NCBI GenBank assembly: GCA_963675185.2
Contig: CAXXOH010000003.1
Coordinates: forward strand, 74,517-138,516
Origin: an uncultured Ilyobacter sp.
Lineage (GTDB): Bacteria; Fusobacteriota; Fusobacteriia; Fusobacteriales; Fusobacteriaceae
Direction: 5' to 3'
Length of the DNA: 64,000 nt
Shown here piece by piece: positions 1 through 8,435 of this stretch. Under the pieces are notes generated by a model that was given only the letters and a program-made list of their open reading frames with translations, made no database searches and was not told the DNA's origin. The number at the start of each line of letters is the position of its first letter. Positions within the stretch are counted from its first letter, which is position 1. Position numbers and translations under genes: made by a program.

Positions 1-1010
1 ATTATGGCAGGTATATTCGCATAGGTTTCCACATTGTTTACATTTGTCGGTTTTTCCCAGTAGCCTGCTTCTGCTGGGAAAGGAGGTTTTAGGGTAGGTT
101 CTCCCCTCTTCCCTTCCATCGAGTGAATAAGCGCCGTCTCCTCTCCGCACACAAAAGCTCCTGCACCGTATTTAAGCCTTATCTTAAAATTGAACCCTGT
201 CCCGAATATGTTTTCACCCAAAAGTCCGTACTCTTTTGCCTGAGCTATTGCTTTTTCCAATCTTTCTATAGCTAGTGGATATTCCGCCCTTATATATATG
301 ATCCCCTCATCGGAACCGATGGCATATCCGCAGATAGCCATTGCTTCAAGTACAGAATGTGGGTCCCCCTCAAGTACCGACCTGTCCATGAAAGCCCCAG
401 GATCTCCTTCGTCTGCGTTACACACTACATATTTTTTATCCGAATCATAGTTATACGCAAATTTCCATTTCATACCTGTAGAGAATCCTCCGCCTCCTCT
501 ACCTCTAAGGCCGGAATCCGTCACTTCTTTTATGACATCCTCTCTGCTCATTCCTGTCAACACTTTATGAAGTGCATAGTAAGCATCATGTGATATGGCA
601 TCATTTATATTTTCAGGGTCTATAAAACCACAATTCCTAAGGACTATCTTCTCCAGTTTATCACTGACAAACACATCAGTTTTATGGGTTTTCTTATATT
701 TTATATCTTTTAATATTTTTTCAGCTTTTTTCAGATCCACTTCGCCGTATATTTCACCTTTTCCACCCGGAAGTCTAACTTCTATGGTTGGTTCAGAGTG
801 GCAGAGGCCCATACAGCCTGTGGATACCAGCTCTATGTCATCCTTGCCTTCCCTGTCTAGCTCTTCTTTAAAAAAATCATATACACTGTCCGCTCCAGCT
901 GTTATTCCACAAGTGGACATGGAAACTTTTATAAGGGTTTTTCTCTCCCCCTCTGCCGATATTTTTTCTTTTATAGCATTCAAATCATTTATAGTATTTA
1001 CCACCTTCAT
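1..1010 (-). CDS. NuoF/HydB-like NADH-binding flavoprotein subunit (5' part; 3' end runs off the window)
   Basis: Absent from ORF track because it is open at the window edge. Manual translation from ATG (rc of 1008-1010; GTG at 1004 is an alternative start) gives MKVVNTINDL...GLRGRGGGGFSTGMKW...CNADEGDPGAFMDR...GAGAFVCGEETAL, the NuoF-type FMN/NADH motifs. Lies immediately downstream of the NuoE-like gene. Confidence 0.9.
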   Translation of the reverse strand, partial: MKVVNTINDLNAIKEKISAEGERKTLIKVSMSTCGITAGADSVYDFFKEELDREGKDDIELVSTGCMGLCHSEPTIEVRLPGGKGEIYGEVDLKKAEKILKDIKYKKTHKTDVFVSDKLEKIVLRNCGFIDPENINDAISHDAYYALHKVLTGMSREDVIKEVTDSGLRGRGGGGFSTGMKWKFAYNYDSDKKYVVCNADEGDPGAFMDRSVLEGDPHSVLEAMAICGYAIGSDEGIIYIRAEYPLAIERLEKAIAQAKEYGLLGENIFGTGFNFKIRLKYGAGAFVCGEETALIHSMEGKRGEPTLKPPFPAEAGYWEKPTNVNNVETYANIPAI

Positions 1011-1018
1011 CCCCCCAA

Positions 1019-1651
1019 TTATTGATATTCTTTTAAAATATTTTTTACCTCATCTGGCTCTACTCTTCCATACACCTTTTTGCCGATGGTGACCACAGGA
1101 GCCATGCCGCACGCTCCTACACATCTCAATACATCAAGGGAAAACTTACCATCACCTGTTGTTTCTCCTACTCTTATACCCAACTCTCTCTTGAATTCTG
1201 TGAGTATGGTCTCTGCGCCGTTTACATAACATGCAGTCCCCATACATACAGAAATAGGATGTTCTCCTTTTGGGGTGGTGGTGAAAAACGAGTAGAATGT
1301 TATAACTCCATAAATTTCCGAAAGTGGTATATTCATTTTTTCTTCAACGAAACTCTGCACTTCCACCGGCAGATAACCGAAAATATCCTGAGCCTTGTGA
1401 AGCACTGTTATAAGTTCGCCTTTTTGGGTTTCAAGCGAATTTATAAAATCTTCTAATTCCTGAAAACATTTTTCTTTAGTTCTATTTGTGCACTCCAAAT
1501 CCATCCCTCCCATTTTTGGTATTTCATTATCAATATTACTTGAACAAATCTTAAAAATCAATTTTTTAACCTTATTTAGGTCAAAAAATATACTTTCCTG
1601 CTTTTGTACAAATTCAAGTTTTAGCCAACATATTAAGTTTTGAATATTCAT
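1019..1651 (-). CDS. NuoE/HydC-like thioredoxin-fold [2Fe-2S] subunit
   Basis: ORF track. ELITVLHKAQDIFGYLP...CMGTACYVNG...LRCVGACGMAPV (4-Cys NuoE signature). No RBS at 1651, so the true start may be an internal Met (1513 or 1504). Confidence 0.85.
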   Translation of the reverse strand: MNIQNLICWLKLEFVQKQESIFFDLNKVKKLIFKICSSNIDNEIPKMGGMDLECTNRTKEKCFQELEDFINSLETQKGELITVLHKAQDIFGYLPVEVQSFVEEKMNIPLSEIYGVITFYSFFTTTPKGEHPISVCMGTACYVNGAETILTEFKRELGIRVGETTGDGKFSLDVLRCVGACGMAPVVTIGKKVYGRVEPDEVKNILKEYQ

Positions 1652-1743
1652 CTAGGCTTATAATCTATATTTTTTTTTACAATATTCCCATAAAACCAAC
1701 TCAAATATAATATTTTTTTTATAATTGATTTGTTGTGCCTACA

Positions 1744-1780
1744 AAATAAAAAACCTCCTTTGAAAAACTCAAAGGAGGTT
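1744..1780 (-). terminator. intrinsic terminator after the ABC importer operon
   Basis: 12-bp stem AACCTCCTTTGA/TCAAAGGAGGTT (1752-1763/1769-1780) followed on the minus strand by a T-run (plus-strand A-run 1744-1753). Confidence 0.8.
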
Positions 1781-1806
1781 TTATTAATCCAATATTAAAT
1801 TATATT

Positions 1807-2598
1807 TTAACTAAAAAGTTCTGTGTCTTTAAATTCCAGGTTGTCTTTTTGCGAGAATATTTTGAGCAGTTTTTCCACACTTAAATCCTGCTTTTCATTT
1901 CCGCTGACATCAAGTATTATCTGCCCTTTATGGAACATGATAAGTCTGTCTCCATATTTTATGGCATCACTTAAGTTATGGGTGATCATAAGGGTGGTTA
2001 CCTCATTTTTCCTTACTATTTCATCTGTTTTTCCCATTATCATCTTAGAAGTTTTCGGATCAAGGGCAGCAGTGTGTTCATCTAAAAGCAGCAGATCAGG
2101 TTTTTTCAAAGTTGCCATGATTAATGAGAGCGCCTGCCTCTGCCCACCTGAAAGCAGCCCCACAGGTGTGTAAAGTTGATTTTCCAAGTTTAGATTAAGA
2201 CCTTTTAAAAGTTCTTTATATTTAGATTCCGACTTTTTATTTAAGCCAAACCCTAAACCAAATTTTTTCCCCTTATTCTCAGCCATAGAAAGGTTTTCCA
2301 TTATTGTCATAGATGGAGCTGTCCCCAAAGTTGGGTTCTGAAACACTTTTGATATATAGGTGCTTCTTTTAAATTTAGGTAGATTTTTAAGGGATTTCCC
2401 TTCTAAAACTACATCTCCACTATCAAGTTCTGCAGTCCCAGAAATAAGATTTAAAAATGTAGATTTTCCAGCACCGTTACTACCAATTATACTTATAAAT
2501 TCTCCTTTTTCTATGTAAAAACTAAACTCGTCAAAAACTACTTTTTCTTGAGGAGTCCCAGCGTTAAATTTTTTGCTTATTTTATCTATTTTAAGCAT
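1807..2598 (-). CDS. ABC transporter ATP-binding protein
   Basis: Walker A GSNGAGKST, signature LSGGQRQ, Walker B LLLLDEHTAALD. Confidence 0.9.
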   Translation of the reverse strand: MLKIDKISKKFNAGTPQEKVVFDEFSFYIEKGEFISIIGSNGAGKSTFLNLISGTAELDSGDVVLEGKSLKNLPKFKRSTYISKVFQNPTLGTAPSMTIMENLSMAENKGKKFGLGFGLNKKSESKYKELLKGLNLNLENQLYTPVGLLSGGQRQALSLIMATLKKPDLLLLDEHTAALDPKTSKMIMGKTDEIVRKNEVTTLMITHNLSDAIKYGDRLIMFHKGQIILDVSGNEKQDLSVEKLLKIFSQKDNLEFKDTELFS

Positions 2599-3499
2599 TC
2601 AACTCCCCTTCCTTTCCAGCTTCTGCAAGCTTTTGATCCTTACGATGTTTTCTTGCAAGTACGCTAGGTATGAAATCAATTTTTCCATGCTTCAAGGCAA
2701 GTATCAATATTACTATAAGTGACGTTATCAGCTTAAGGTCACTTGCAGCAAGCCCCATCCTTAGGGTAAAAGCCGTGACAAGCTTATAGATCAAGCTCCC
2801 TACTATCACGATAGTCGTCATGGCAAACTTCGTCCTTTTAAGAAGGCTTTCCCCGACAATTATGGAAGCGAGTCCGGTTACGATTATACCTGTACCCATT
2901 CCCACATCTGCAAACCCCTGATATTGAGCCAGTATACCTCCTGAAAAAGCCACTAAAGAATTTGAAATAGCTAGTCCTAATATTTTTAAGGTTTTTTCAT
3001 TCACACCCAAAAAACTTACCAGAGTCTCATTGTCCCCAAGTGCTCTCAAGACAAATCCAAACTTAGTTTTCAAAAGGAAATCCAAAGTGAATTTTGCCAA
3101 AGCAAGAAGTATAAGAATTATATATATCGCTTTGCCAGTTCCGCCATTAAAAAGATGCTCTATGTTGAAAAGGTGTATGTTTGACTTTCCCATCACCCTG
3201 AGGTTAACTGAATAAAGCGCCGTCATGGTAAGTATACCTGCCAAAAGGTTACTTATATTGAATCTTGTGTGGATAAATCCAGTAAAAGCTCCGGCCAAAG
3301 CCCCGCCAATTAGTGCAAAACCAAGACTGACAAAAGGCGAATGCCCTGCAACCAAAGATGCTCCGACTATACTTGCCCCCAAAGGAAAGGTACCGTCTAC
3401 CGAAAGATCCGGAAAGTCAAGTATCTTATATGATATGTAAACCCCGAGACTCATTATTGCAAATATAAGTCCCTGCTCTAAACTACCCAATAAAAACAA
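2591..3499 (-). CDS. ABC transporter permease
   Basis: Polytopic hydrophobic protein; overlaps the ATPase gene by 8 nt and abuts the binding-protein gene. Confidence 0.85.
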   Translation of the reverse strand: MFLLGSLEQGLIFAIMSLGVYISYKILDFPDLSVDGTFPLGASIVGASLVAGHSPFVSLGFALIGGALAGAFTGFIHTRFNISNLLAGILTMTALYSVNLRVMGKSNIHLFNIEHLFNGGTGKAIYIILILLALAKFTLDFLLKTKFGFVLRALGDNETLVSFLGVNEKTLKILGLAISNSLVAFSGGILAQYQGFADVGMGTGIIVTGLASIIVGESLLKRTKFAMTTIVIVGSLIYKLVTAFTLRMGLAASDLKLITSLIVILILALKHGKIDFIPSVLARKHRKDQKLAEAGKEGELNA

Positions 3500-3500
3500 C

Positions 3501-4484
3501 TTAATTACCCCCTATCAAAATTACGTCCTCTCTCTTCAAAGATTCCGGAATGTCTATTCCTAATTTCTCAGCTGTATCAAGGTTTATTACAAGCTGAGTA
3601 TTTTCCAAAGTATGAACTCCTAATTCAGATATTTCTTTTCCTCTTAGTAGTTCTAACGCCATCTCTCCAGTTTGTCTCCCTAGTTTGTAGTAGTCTATAC
3701 CCTCTGTTGCAAGAGCTCCAGATTCTACATGAGCTTTTTCCGATCCTATCACAGGAACTTTCTTTTCCATGGATTTGGATATGATTAGAGGCATACTAGA
3801 TACTACCAAATTGTCCGTAGGTGTGTACAGTACATCTACTTTATCAAGCAGAGAATCTAAGGCGCTTGCCATCTCATTTATATTTGTTATCCCTACCTTT
3901 TCCAACTGGATTCCCTTTTCCTTGCACAGTTTTTCCCAATGAACAACCTGGATTTCTGAATTTTGTTCGCTGGTATTGTAGATTACCCCTACTCTTTTAA
4001 CCGCCGGCAAGAGAGTCTTCATAAGCTCCATCTGCTTGTCCATAGGGCTGGCGTCACTCGTCCCTGCAACGTTGGTTCCTGTATTTTCATACCCCTCGAC
4101 AAGACCTGCTGCTTTAGGGTCAGTAACAGCTGTTATAAGTATAGGAATCTCTTTAGTTGTGTTGTAAGCCGCTTGTGCCGTTGGAGTAGCTATTGCCAGA
4201 ATCAAATCCTTCTTATCTTCTACAAACGATTTCGCAATATTTTGGGCTATACTCATATCACCCTGTGCACTTTGAGTTTCTATATTCAACCTTTCTTTAA
4301 ATTCCGATTCATTCAGCACATCCTCGAATCCGTTTCTGGCTGCATCAAGAGCCGGATGTTCTATTATCTGGCTAATCCCAATTTTTATCGCCTTTTCTTT
4401 TTCGGATTCTTTTTTCCCACATCCTGCAAATAATAAAAGTGTTAAGAGTGCTGTGATCATAAATTTCAAATTTTTCGCTACCAT
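3501..4484 (-). CDS. ABC transporter substrate-binding lipoprotein
   Basis: Lipoprotein signal MITALLTLLLFAGC. Periplasmic-binding-protein-like sequence, first gene of a 3-gene importer operon; RBS AGGAGG upstream. Confidence 0.85.
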   Translation of the reverse strand: MVAKNLKFMITALLTLLLFAGCGKKESEKEKAIKIGISQIIEHPALDAARNGFEDVLNESEFKERLNIETQSAQGDMSIAQNIAKSFVEDKKDLILAIATPTAQAAYNTTKEIPILITAVTDPKAAGLVEGYENTGTNVAGTSDASPMDKQMELMKTLLPAVKRVGVIYNTSEQNSEIQVVHWEKLCKEKGIQLEKVGITNINEMASALDSLLDKVDVLYTPTDNLVVSSMPLIISKSMEKKVPVIGSEKAHVESGALATEGIDYYKLGRQTGEMALELLRGKEISELGVHTLENTQLVINLDTAEKLGIDIPESLKREDVILIGGN

Positions 4485-4738
4485 ACTACCTATCTTCCTC
4501 CTTTTTTTTGTTTAAAAAAATCTCCGCAAAAACGGAGATAGATAAATTAAACACCCCTGTATTAAAATTAGGTTAAAATCAAAAAATACAGACGGACTGT
4601 TTTTAGATTTATCTTTGTCTACCGCAACTATCCGCCAAAACAACTACTTTTGCTGCAAATAGCAAGATTGTGTGCACTACAGCTACTACTTTAATATTAA
4701 AATAATGATATCAATTTTTAATTTTTTTGTCAAGAATT
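4485..4738 (-). promoter_or_regulatory. leader of the ABC importer: promoter, UAG-triplet clusters, attenuator
   Basis: Minus strand: TTGACA (4733-4728), 17 nt, TATCAT (4710-4705). UAG triplets at 4688-4686, 4685-4683, 4679-4677 (cluster I) and 4646-4644, 4630-4628, 4621-4619 (cluster II). Then hairpin + U-run at 4539-4513 just before the RBS. Confidence 0.6.
4513..4539 (-). terminator. intrinsic terminator/attenuator inside the importer leader
   Basis: ATCTCCG-loop-CGGAGAT (4539-4520 on the minus strand) followed by UUUUUUU. Located between the promoter and the start codon at 4484. Confidence 0.75.
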
Positions 4739-5176
4739 TTAAGACTCCTCGCCTTCCAATATAGGTATAGACCTGTGGGATAGAGCTATGACTACCTCAT
4801 TTAAATGGAGTAAGCCTATGTTGAAAAATACGGCCACACTTATATGCTCCCCTTTCCTTGATATGCCTATCTTCCCGCCGATGCTTAAGCCGTTTGCTTT
4901 ATTTTGAAGCTGTTCGAGAGCCTCCCTTACAGCCCCTGCAACAGCTCCATCATGCACATGGCAGTCCAATATTAACCCCTTTCTCTTGGACGCCACCAGG
5001 GTATTCTCGATTATCTTAGGTACTATCCCAGGGAACTGCCCCCCTATATCCACTGCCGTGGACTTGAAACCTAGCTTCTTGTAGCTGTCGATTAGTCCCA
5101 TTTCCTCCTTTCTGTCTGATAGAGCCAGTTTTGCCGCTATTTTCGAGACTTCATTGCTCTCTTTCACCATTTCCAA
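4739..5176 (-). CDS. HutP-family protein (putative RNA-binding antiterminator)
   Basis: 145 aa. C-terminal ...SVAVFFNIGLLHLNEVVIALSHRSI resembles the B. subtilis HutP end ...SLYGTIGAPIKGLEHETFGVGINHI. The central CHVHDGAVAGAVREAL resembles SHALYHATMEAL. Size and position (before a terminator-containing leader) match hutP. Confidence 0.5.
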   Translation of the reverse strand: MEMVKESNEVSKIAAKLALSDRKEEMGLIDSYKKLGFKSTAVDIGGQFPGIVPKIIENTLVASKRKGLILDCHVHDGAVAGAVREALEQLQNKANGLSIGGKIGISRKGEHISVAVFFNIGLLHLNEVVIALSHRSIPILEGEES

Positions 5177-5213
5177 AATACCCCCTCAACTTTCTATAGA
5201 AATTCTATAATCT

Positions 5214-5618
5214 TCAAAAAAACAGTTCCATTATAACGTAAGATTTACCGCCTTTTTCAAAACACTTATCTGTTTTGTATAGCCCAAACTTTTTGTAAAA
5301 TTCAACTTTAGAACTTCTAGCATTGCACCATATCCTTTTCACACCAAGCGCTTTCATCTCATCTAACGCTGCTTTTAGAAGGCTTGTCCCATACCCTTTG
5401 CCCTGCTCAGATTTCTTGGTGGCAAACTTTCTAAACTGCGCAGATTCCCCTTCAACGAAAAGTGATATTACCGAAACCATGCTGTCTCCTACAAACAGTC
5501 CAAAATGCATCCCCTTATTATCATCCTCTAACTTTACATACTCAATATCCCTATCAGGCCACATCACCTCATGCCTCAAATCCCACGTCTGTTCGACACA
5601 GACCCTCTTTATCTCCAT
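5214..5618 (-). CDS. GNAT family N-acetyltransferase
   Basis: 134 aa; acetyl-CoA motif QGKGYGTSLLKAAL. Confidence 0.8.
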   Translation of the reverse strand: MEIKRVCVEQTWDLRHEVMWPDRDIEYVKLEDDNKGMHFGLFVGDSMVSVISLFVEGESAQFRKFATKKSEQGKGYGTSLLKAALDEMKALGVKRIWCNARSSKVEFYKKFGLYKTDKCFEKGGKSYVIMELFF

Positions 5619-5679
5619 TCACAAAACTCCTTTCAAAACAATTCCTCAATCTAAAAAGAAGCAGGATGACCCGCTTCTT

Positions 5680-5883
5680 TTAAAAAATTTCTTCTTCCAC
5701 AGGAAATACACTTGCAATGCACCAGTTACCAGCTGTGCCTTGCCATACTATCTCGAATATCTTATAGGCATCCCTATCTTCCATGTCGCTGTAGAAACTT
5801 TTCGCCTCTTCTAGGGAGTCAAAAACCTCCACGGTATACTTCCCCCTGTGATCACTTATGCAATACTCCACTTTTGTTTCCAA
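5680..5883 (-). CDS. hypothetical small protein
   Basis: 67-aa ORF with protein-like composition; no recognisable motif. Confidence 0.4.
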   Translation of the reverse strand: METKVEYCISDHRGKYTVEVFDSLEEAKSFYSDMEDRDAYKIFEIVWQGTAGNWCIASVFPVEEEIF

Positions 5884-5920
5884 TAAAAAACACCGCCCTG
5901 TATAAAATATTATTATAAAA

Positions 5921-6298
5921 CTACCATGTGCCTAAAAAAGCAAAAAGTGCTATCAATGTGAAATACATCCAGTCACTCATAAAAACTAAGGCCCTCTTTA
6001 TATCGGAAGTAAAGGCCAACTGGAGCTCCCAAACTGAAAACATCAGGTAGTTTAATGATATAAACTTAATCAATATTATCCCATCTTTAAAACCACCAAA
6101 TCCGAACATCAGCAAAAACAAAGTCGAAAATATCAAAAATATCATGTTGTATGAAAAAAAACTCTGTATATTCTTTTTTATTACTTCTTCTAAACTCGGG
6201 TCTCCCAACACCTTTAAAACATTTTTTCTGTCCTGGGTGATGAACTTCAATGTGGTTACAAGAGCAATAATACCTGAAATAAGTGCAAAAATATTCAT
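5921..6298 (-). CDS. hypothetical membrane protein
   Basis: About 4 hydrophobic helices. Start moved to the Met at 6298, which is preceded by AAGGAGG (the ORF track extends to 6346). Confidence 0.55.
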   Translation of the reverse strand: MNIFALISGIIALVTTLKFITQDRKNVLKVLGDPSLEEVIKKNIQSFFSYNMIFLIFSTLFLLMFGFGGFKDGIILIKFISLNYLMFSVWELQLAFTSDIKRALVFMSDWMYFTLIALFAFLGTW

Positions 6299-6628
6299 CT
6301 GTCTCCTCCTTGAATGATTTTCCCTGCAGTAAAAAACGCTCACCAAAATTACTTTACAGAAAATCTATACATTTTGTCAAGTCTTGTGAAAATATTTTAA
6401 GCGGCTTCAACCTTTAAATGACTTAAATTTTTATTTTGTCCGTACTACTCTTCTTCAGTAAGAGCATAAATATTCCTCCAATATTTCACGCTGTTTTTCC
6501 TCAAATATCCAGCTCCACTTTTATTGTGTCGGCTAAGCATCTTCCAGATTTAGCTGCTGCACAAAAATTTGAAAAAATTCCTATTCATCTGATATAATAG
6601 GTTAAAATCTATTTTTGAAAGGTGAATC

Positions 6629-6832
6629 ATGGAAAAATATCTCATAACAACGGAAGAAAAAAAAGAATTTTTGGAAAGACTCCCGGTTCTGGCGTGCGTC
6701 AACTCCATAGGGATAGATTATGATGACGGAGAATACTTTTCCGTAAAATGTAAACTGCTAACTGGTTCATGTACCTATGCAAGGTATGTAGATAAAGCAT
6801 TTGAAGACTGTATGGTAAAAAAGAGAAAGTAG
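6629..6832 (+). CDS. hypothetical small protein
   Basis: 67-aa ORF, RBS AAAGGTGA upstream; a terminator hairpin overlaps the stop. Confidence 0.45.
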   Translation: MEKYLITTEEKKEFLERLPVLACVNSIGIDYDDGEYFSVKCKLLTGSCTYARYVDKAFEDCMVKKRK

Positions 6833-6870
6833 AGCGGGTTTCCTCGTTTACTTTCTCTTTTTATTTTTTA
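6822..6870 (+). terminator. intrinsic terminator
   Basis: AGAGAAAGTA (6822-6831) / TACTTTCTCT (6849-6858) followed by TTTTTATTTTTT. Confidence 0.7.
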
Positions 6871-6967
6871 TCTCTATACTTGCTAAAATTTAATATAAGC
6901 AACGTTGCTATTTAAAATTTTCGATTAATTAACTCAAGTTGCTACTCAATTAAATAAGCAATTAATT

Positions 6968-7250
6968 ACTGAATTTATCTACAAAATCTTTTTTGGCCAC
7001 AGAGTTCCACAGAGCTGGCAAACATGAGCCGCACAGAGAAAACATATTAAAAATAATTTTTTTCACTAATCTTCACGGATCACACGAATTAATTGAAACT
7101 CTTATAAAATACTTTATTTCTGCATATTTATAAATTTTCTTACTCTGCGAAACTCTCTTTATTTTTTCGTGCAGCTCTGTGTCCAAAATATAATTTTATT
7201 TTTTATTCGTGTCCATTCGTGTGATTAGCGACCAAATAAAAATATTCAGT
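6968..7250 (+). repeat. structured intergenic repeat, copy 1 (full length)
   Basis: Modules: CCACAGAG..CACAGAG..CACAGAGAAAAC; TCACTAATCTTCACGGATCACACGAAT; variable centre; CTCTGCGAAAC..CAGCTCTGTGTCCAAAATA; ATTCGTGTCCATTCGTGTGATTAGCGAC. Outer ACTGAAT / ATTCAGT ends. Homologous to 9346-9600, 26268-26501, 39813-40010. Confidence 0.85.
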
Positions 7251-7310
7251 GATATATAAACACTAAGATGGTAGATAGCAAAGTTTCACAGCTCGTAGTT
7301 TATATCTGTA

Positions 7311-7682
7311 TCAGTTCTTCTCCTGTATAAACTCAATTACTACACCATCCGGGTCTTCTACGAACAAGAGCTTTGTCCCATTGTGAGTCTCAAAAGGCCC
7401 ATTTTTTATAGGCACCTTGTTTGCCTTGAGAAGCCCGACTACCTCCTCCATATCTTCTACGAATACCCCCATTGCAACGTTAGATGTACCGCTCCCCCTC
7501 TCACCGTGAGCACCGTCGTCCACCAGTTCCACAGTGATTTCTCCTTCATTTTTCATGAAAACCAAGTGTAGATTTTCATTCGGCCTGAGCTCCCTTACTA
7601 CCTCCATGCCAAAAACCTTTTTATAAAACCCTATGGATTTCAACATATCTGAAACGTGTATTGTAAAAAGGTTTATCCTCAT
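7311..7682 (-). CDS. VOC/glyoxalase-family protein
   Basis: 123 aa; the HVSDMLKSIGFYKKVFGM start and ...VEDPDGVVIEF end are typical of the glyoxalase/bleomycin-resistance fold. Confidence 0.75.
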   Translation of the reverse strand: MRINLFTIHVSDMLKSIGFYKKVFGMEVVRELRPNENLHLVFMKNEGEITVELVDDGAHGERGSGTSNVAMGVFVEDMEEVVGLLKANKVPIKNGPFETHNGTKLLFVEDPDGVVIEFIQEKN

Positions 7683-7711
7683 AAGACACCCCCATTAAAA
7701 CTTTTCTAATT

Positions 7712-8215
7712 TCACTTCAACTCTGATACGAATTTCTCTATTTTCGCTATAGCATCCTCCCTGTTTTTAAGAGGAGCCTTAAAATCAGCTTCTGCCAAAA
7801 ATTTATTCCGCTTCATGGCCATTTCCATCTCTTTTAACGTATTTCCCATTCCACCTTCGTGGCAGCAAAACACCACAACGTTTTTACCCTCAATGTCGTT
7901 TTCGTTGAGAAACGTCCTTAGCGGTGGGGAATATGTCCACGCCCATACCGGGCTGCCTATTATAAACGTATCATAGGCATCTATATCCAAATCATACTCT
8001 TTAAGAGCCGGAGTCTTCTTCATAAAAGCCTGTCTGCCACCCCAAACATACTTCATGAAACCGTGACTCCTTATCTCCTGTGCCGGCTCTATCCTTAACA
8101 TGTCGCAGCCCAACCTAGCAGCAATTTCGGTAGCCACAAAATGGGTATTCCCTTCAAAAGAATAGTATATTAAAATAGTTTTCCCAAGTTCCACTACTTC
8201 ATCCCTCCTTTTCAT
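7712..8215 (-). CDS. flavodoxin-family protein
   Basis: ILIYYSFEGNT N-terminal FMN-loop-like motif; ~165 aa. Confidence 0.7.
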   Translation of the reverse strand: MKRRDEVVELGKTILIYYSFEGNTHFVATEIAARLGCDMLRIEPAQEIRSHGFMKYVWGGRQAFMKKTPALKEYDLDIDAYDTFIIGSPVWAWTYSPPLRTFLNENDIEGKNVVVFCCHEGGMGNTLKEMEMAMKRNKFLAEADFKAPLKNREDAIAKIEKFVSELK

Positions 8216-8435
8216 ATCCTTCTAACATAATAAATTACTCCTTTGAAATGAAAATCCTACATTTTAAAAATTTTATTTTATTTTTCCATGAAATTAGACT
8301 TTTTTTTCATAATCCAAGTCAAATACTTGGAATTGATAAAATACTGATATTTTTTTGCTCAAAATTTTGGAAAATATAGACAAAAATGCTAAAATTAATA
8401 TGAGGAAAATAAAAAACTTGAAGCGAGGTCATACT

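Noticed and set aside
357-1092. Plus-strand ORFs 357-593 and 595-1092
   Set aside because: They are low-complexity S/F/I-rich translations lying antisense to a clearly motif-bearing NuoF-like gene on the minus strand.
4485-4738. T-box or known riboswitch in the ABC importer leader
   Set aside because: There is no T-box consensus (AAnnnGGGTGGTACCGCG-like) and no recognisable riboswitch core. HutP-type protein-mediated antitermination fits better.
6968-7250. CRISPR array as an explanation for the CACAGAG / CACGAAT repeats
   Set aside because: The motifs are short, occur in both orientations and are irregularly spaced within a ~250-bp unit. Whole units are dispersed kilobases apart and no cas genes are present.
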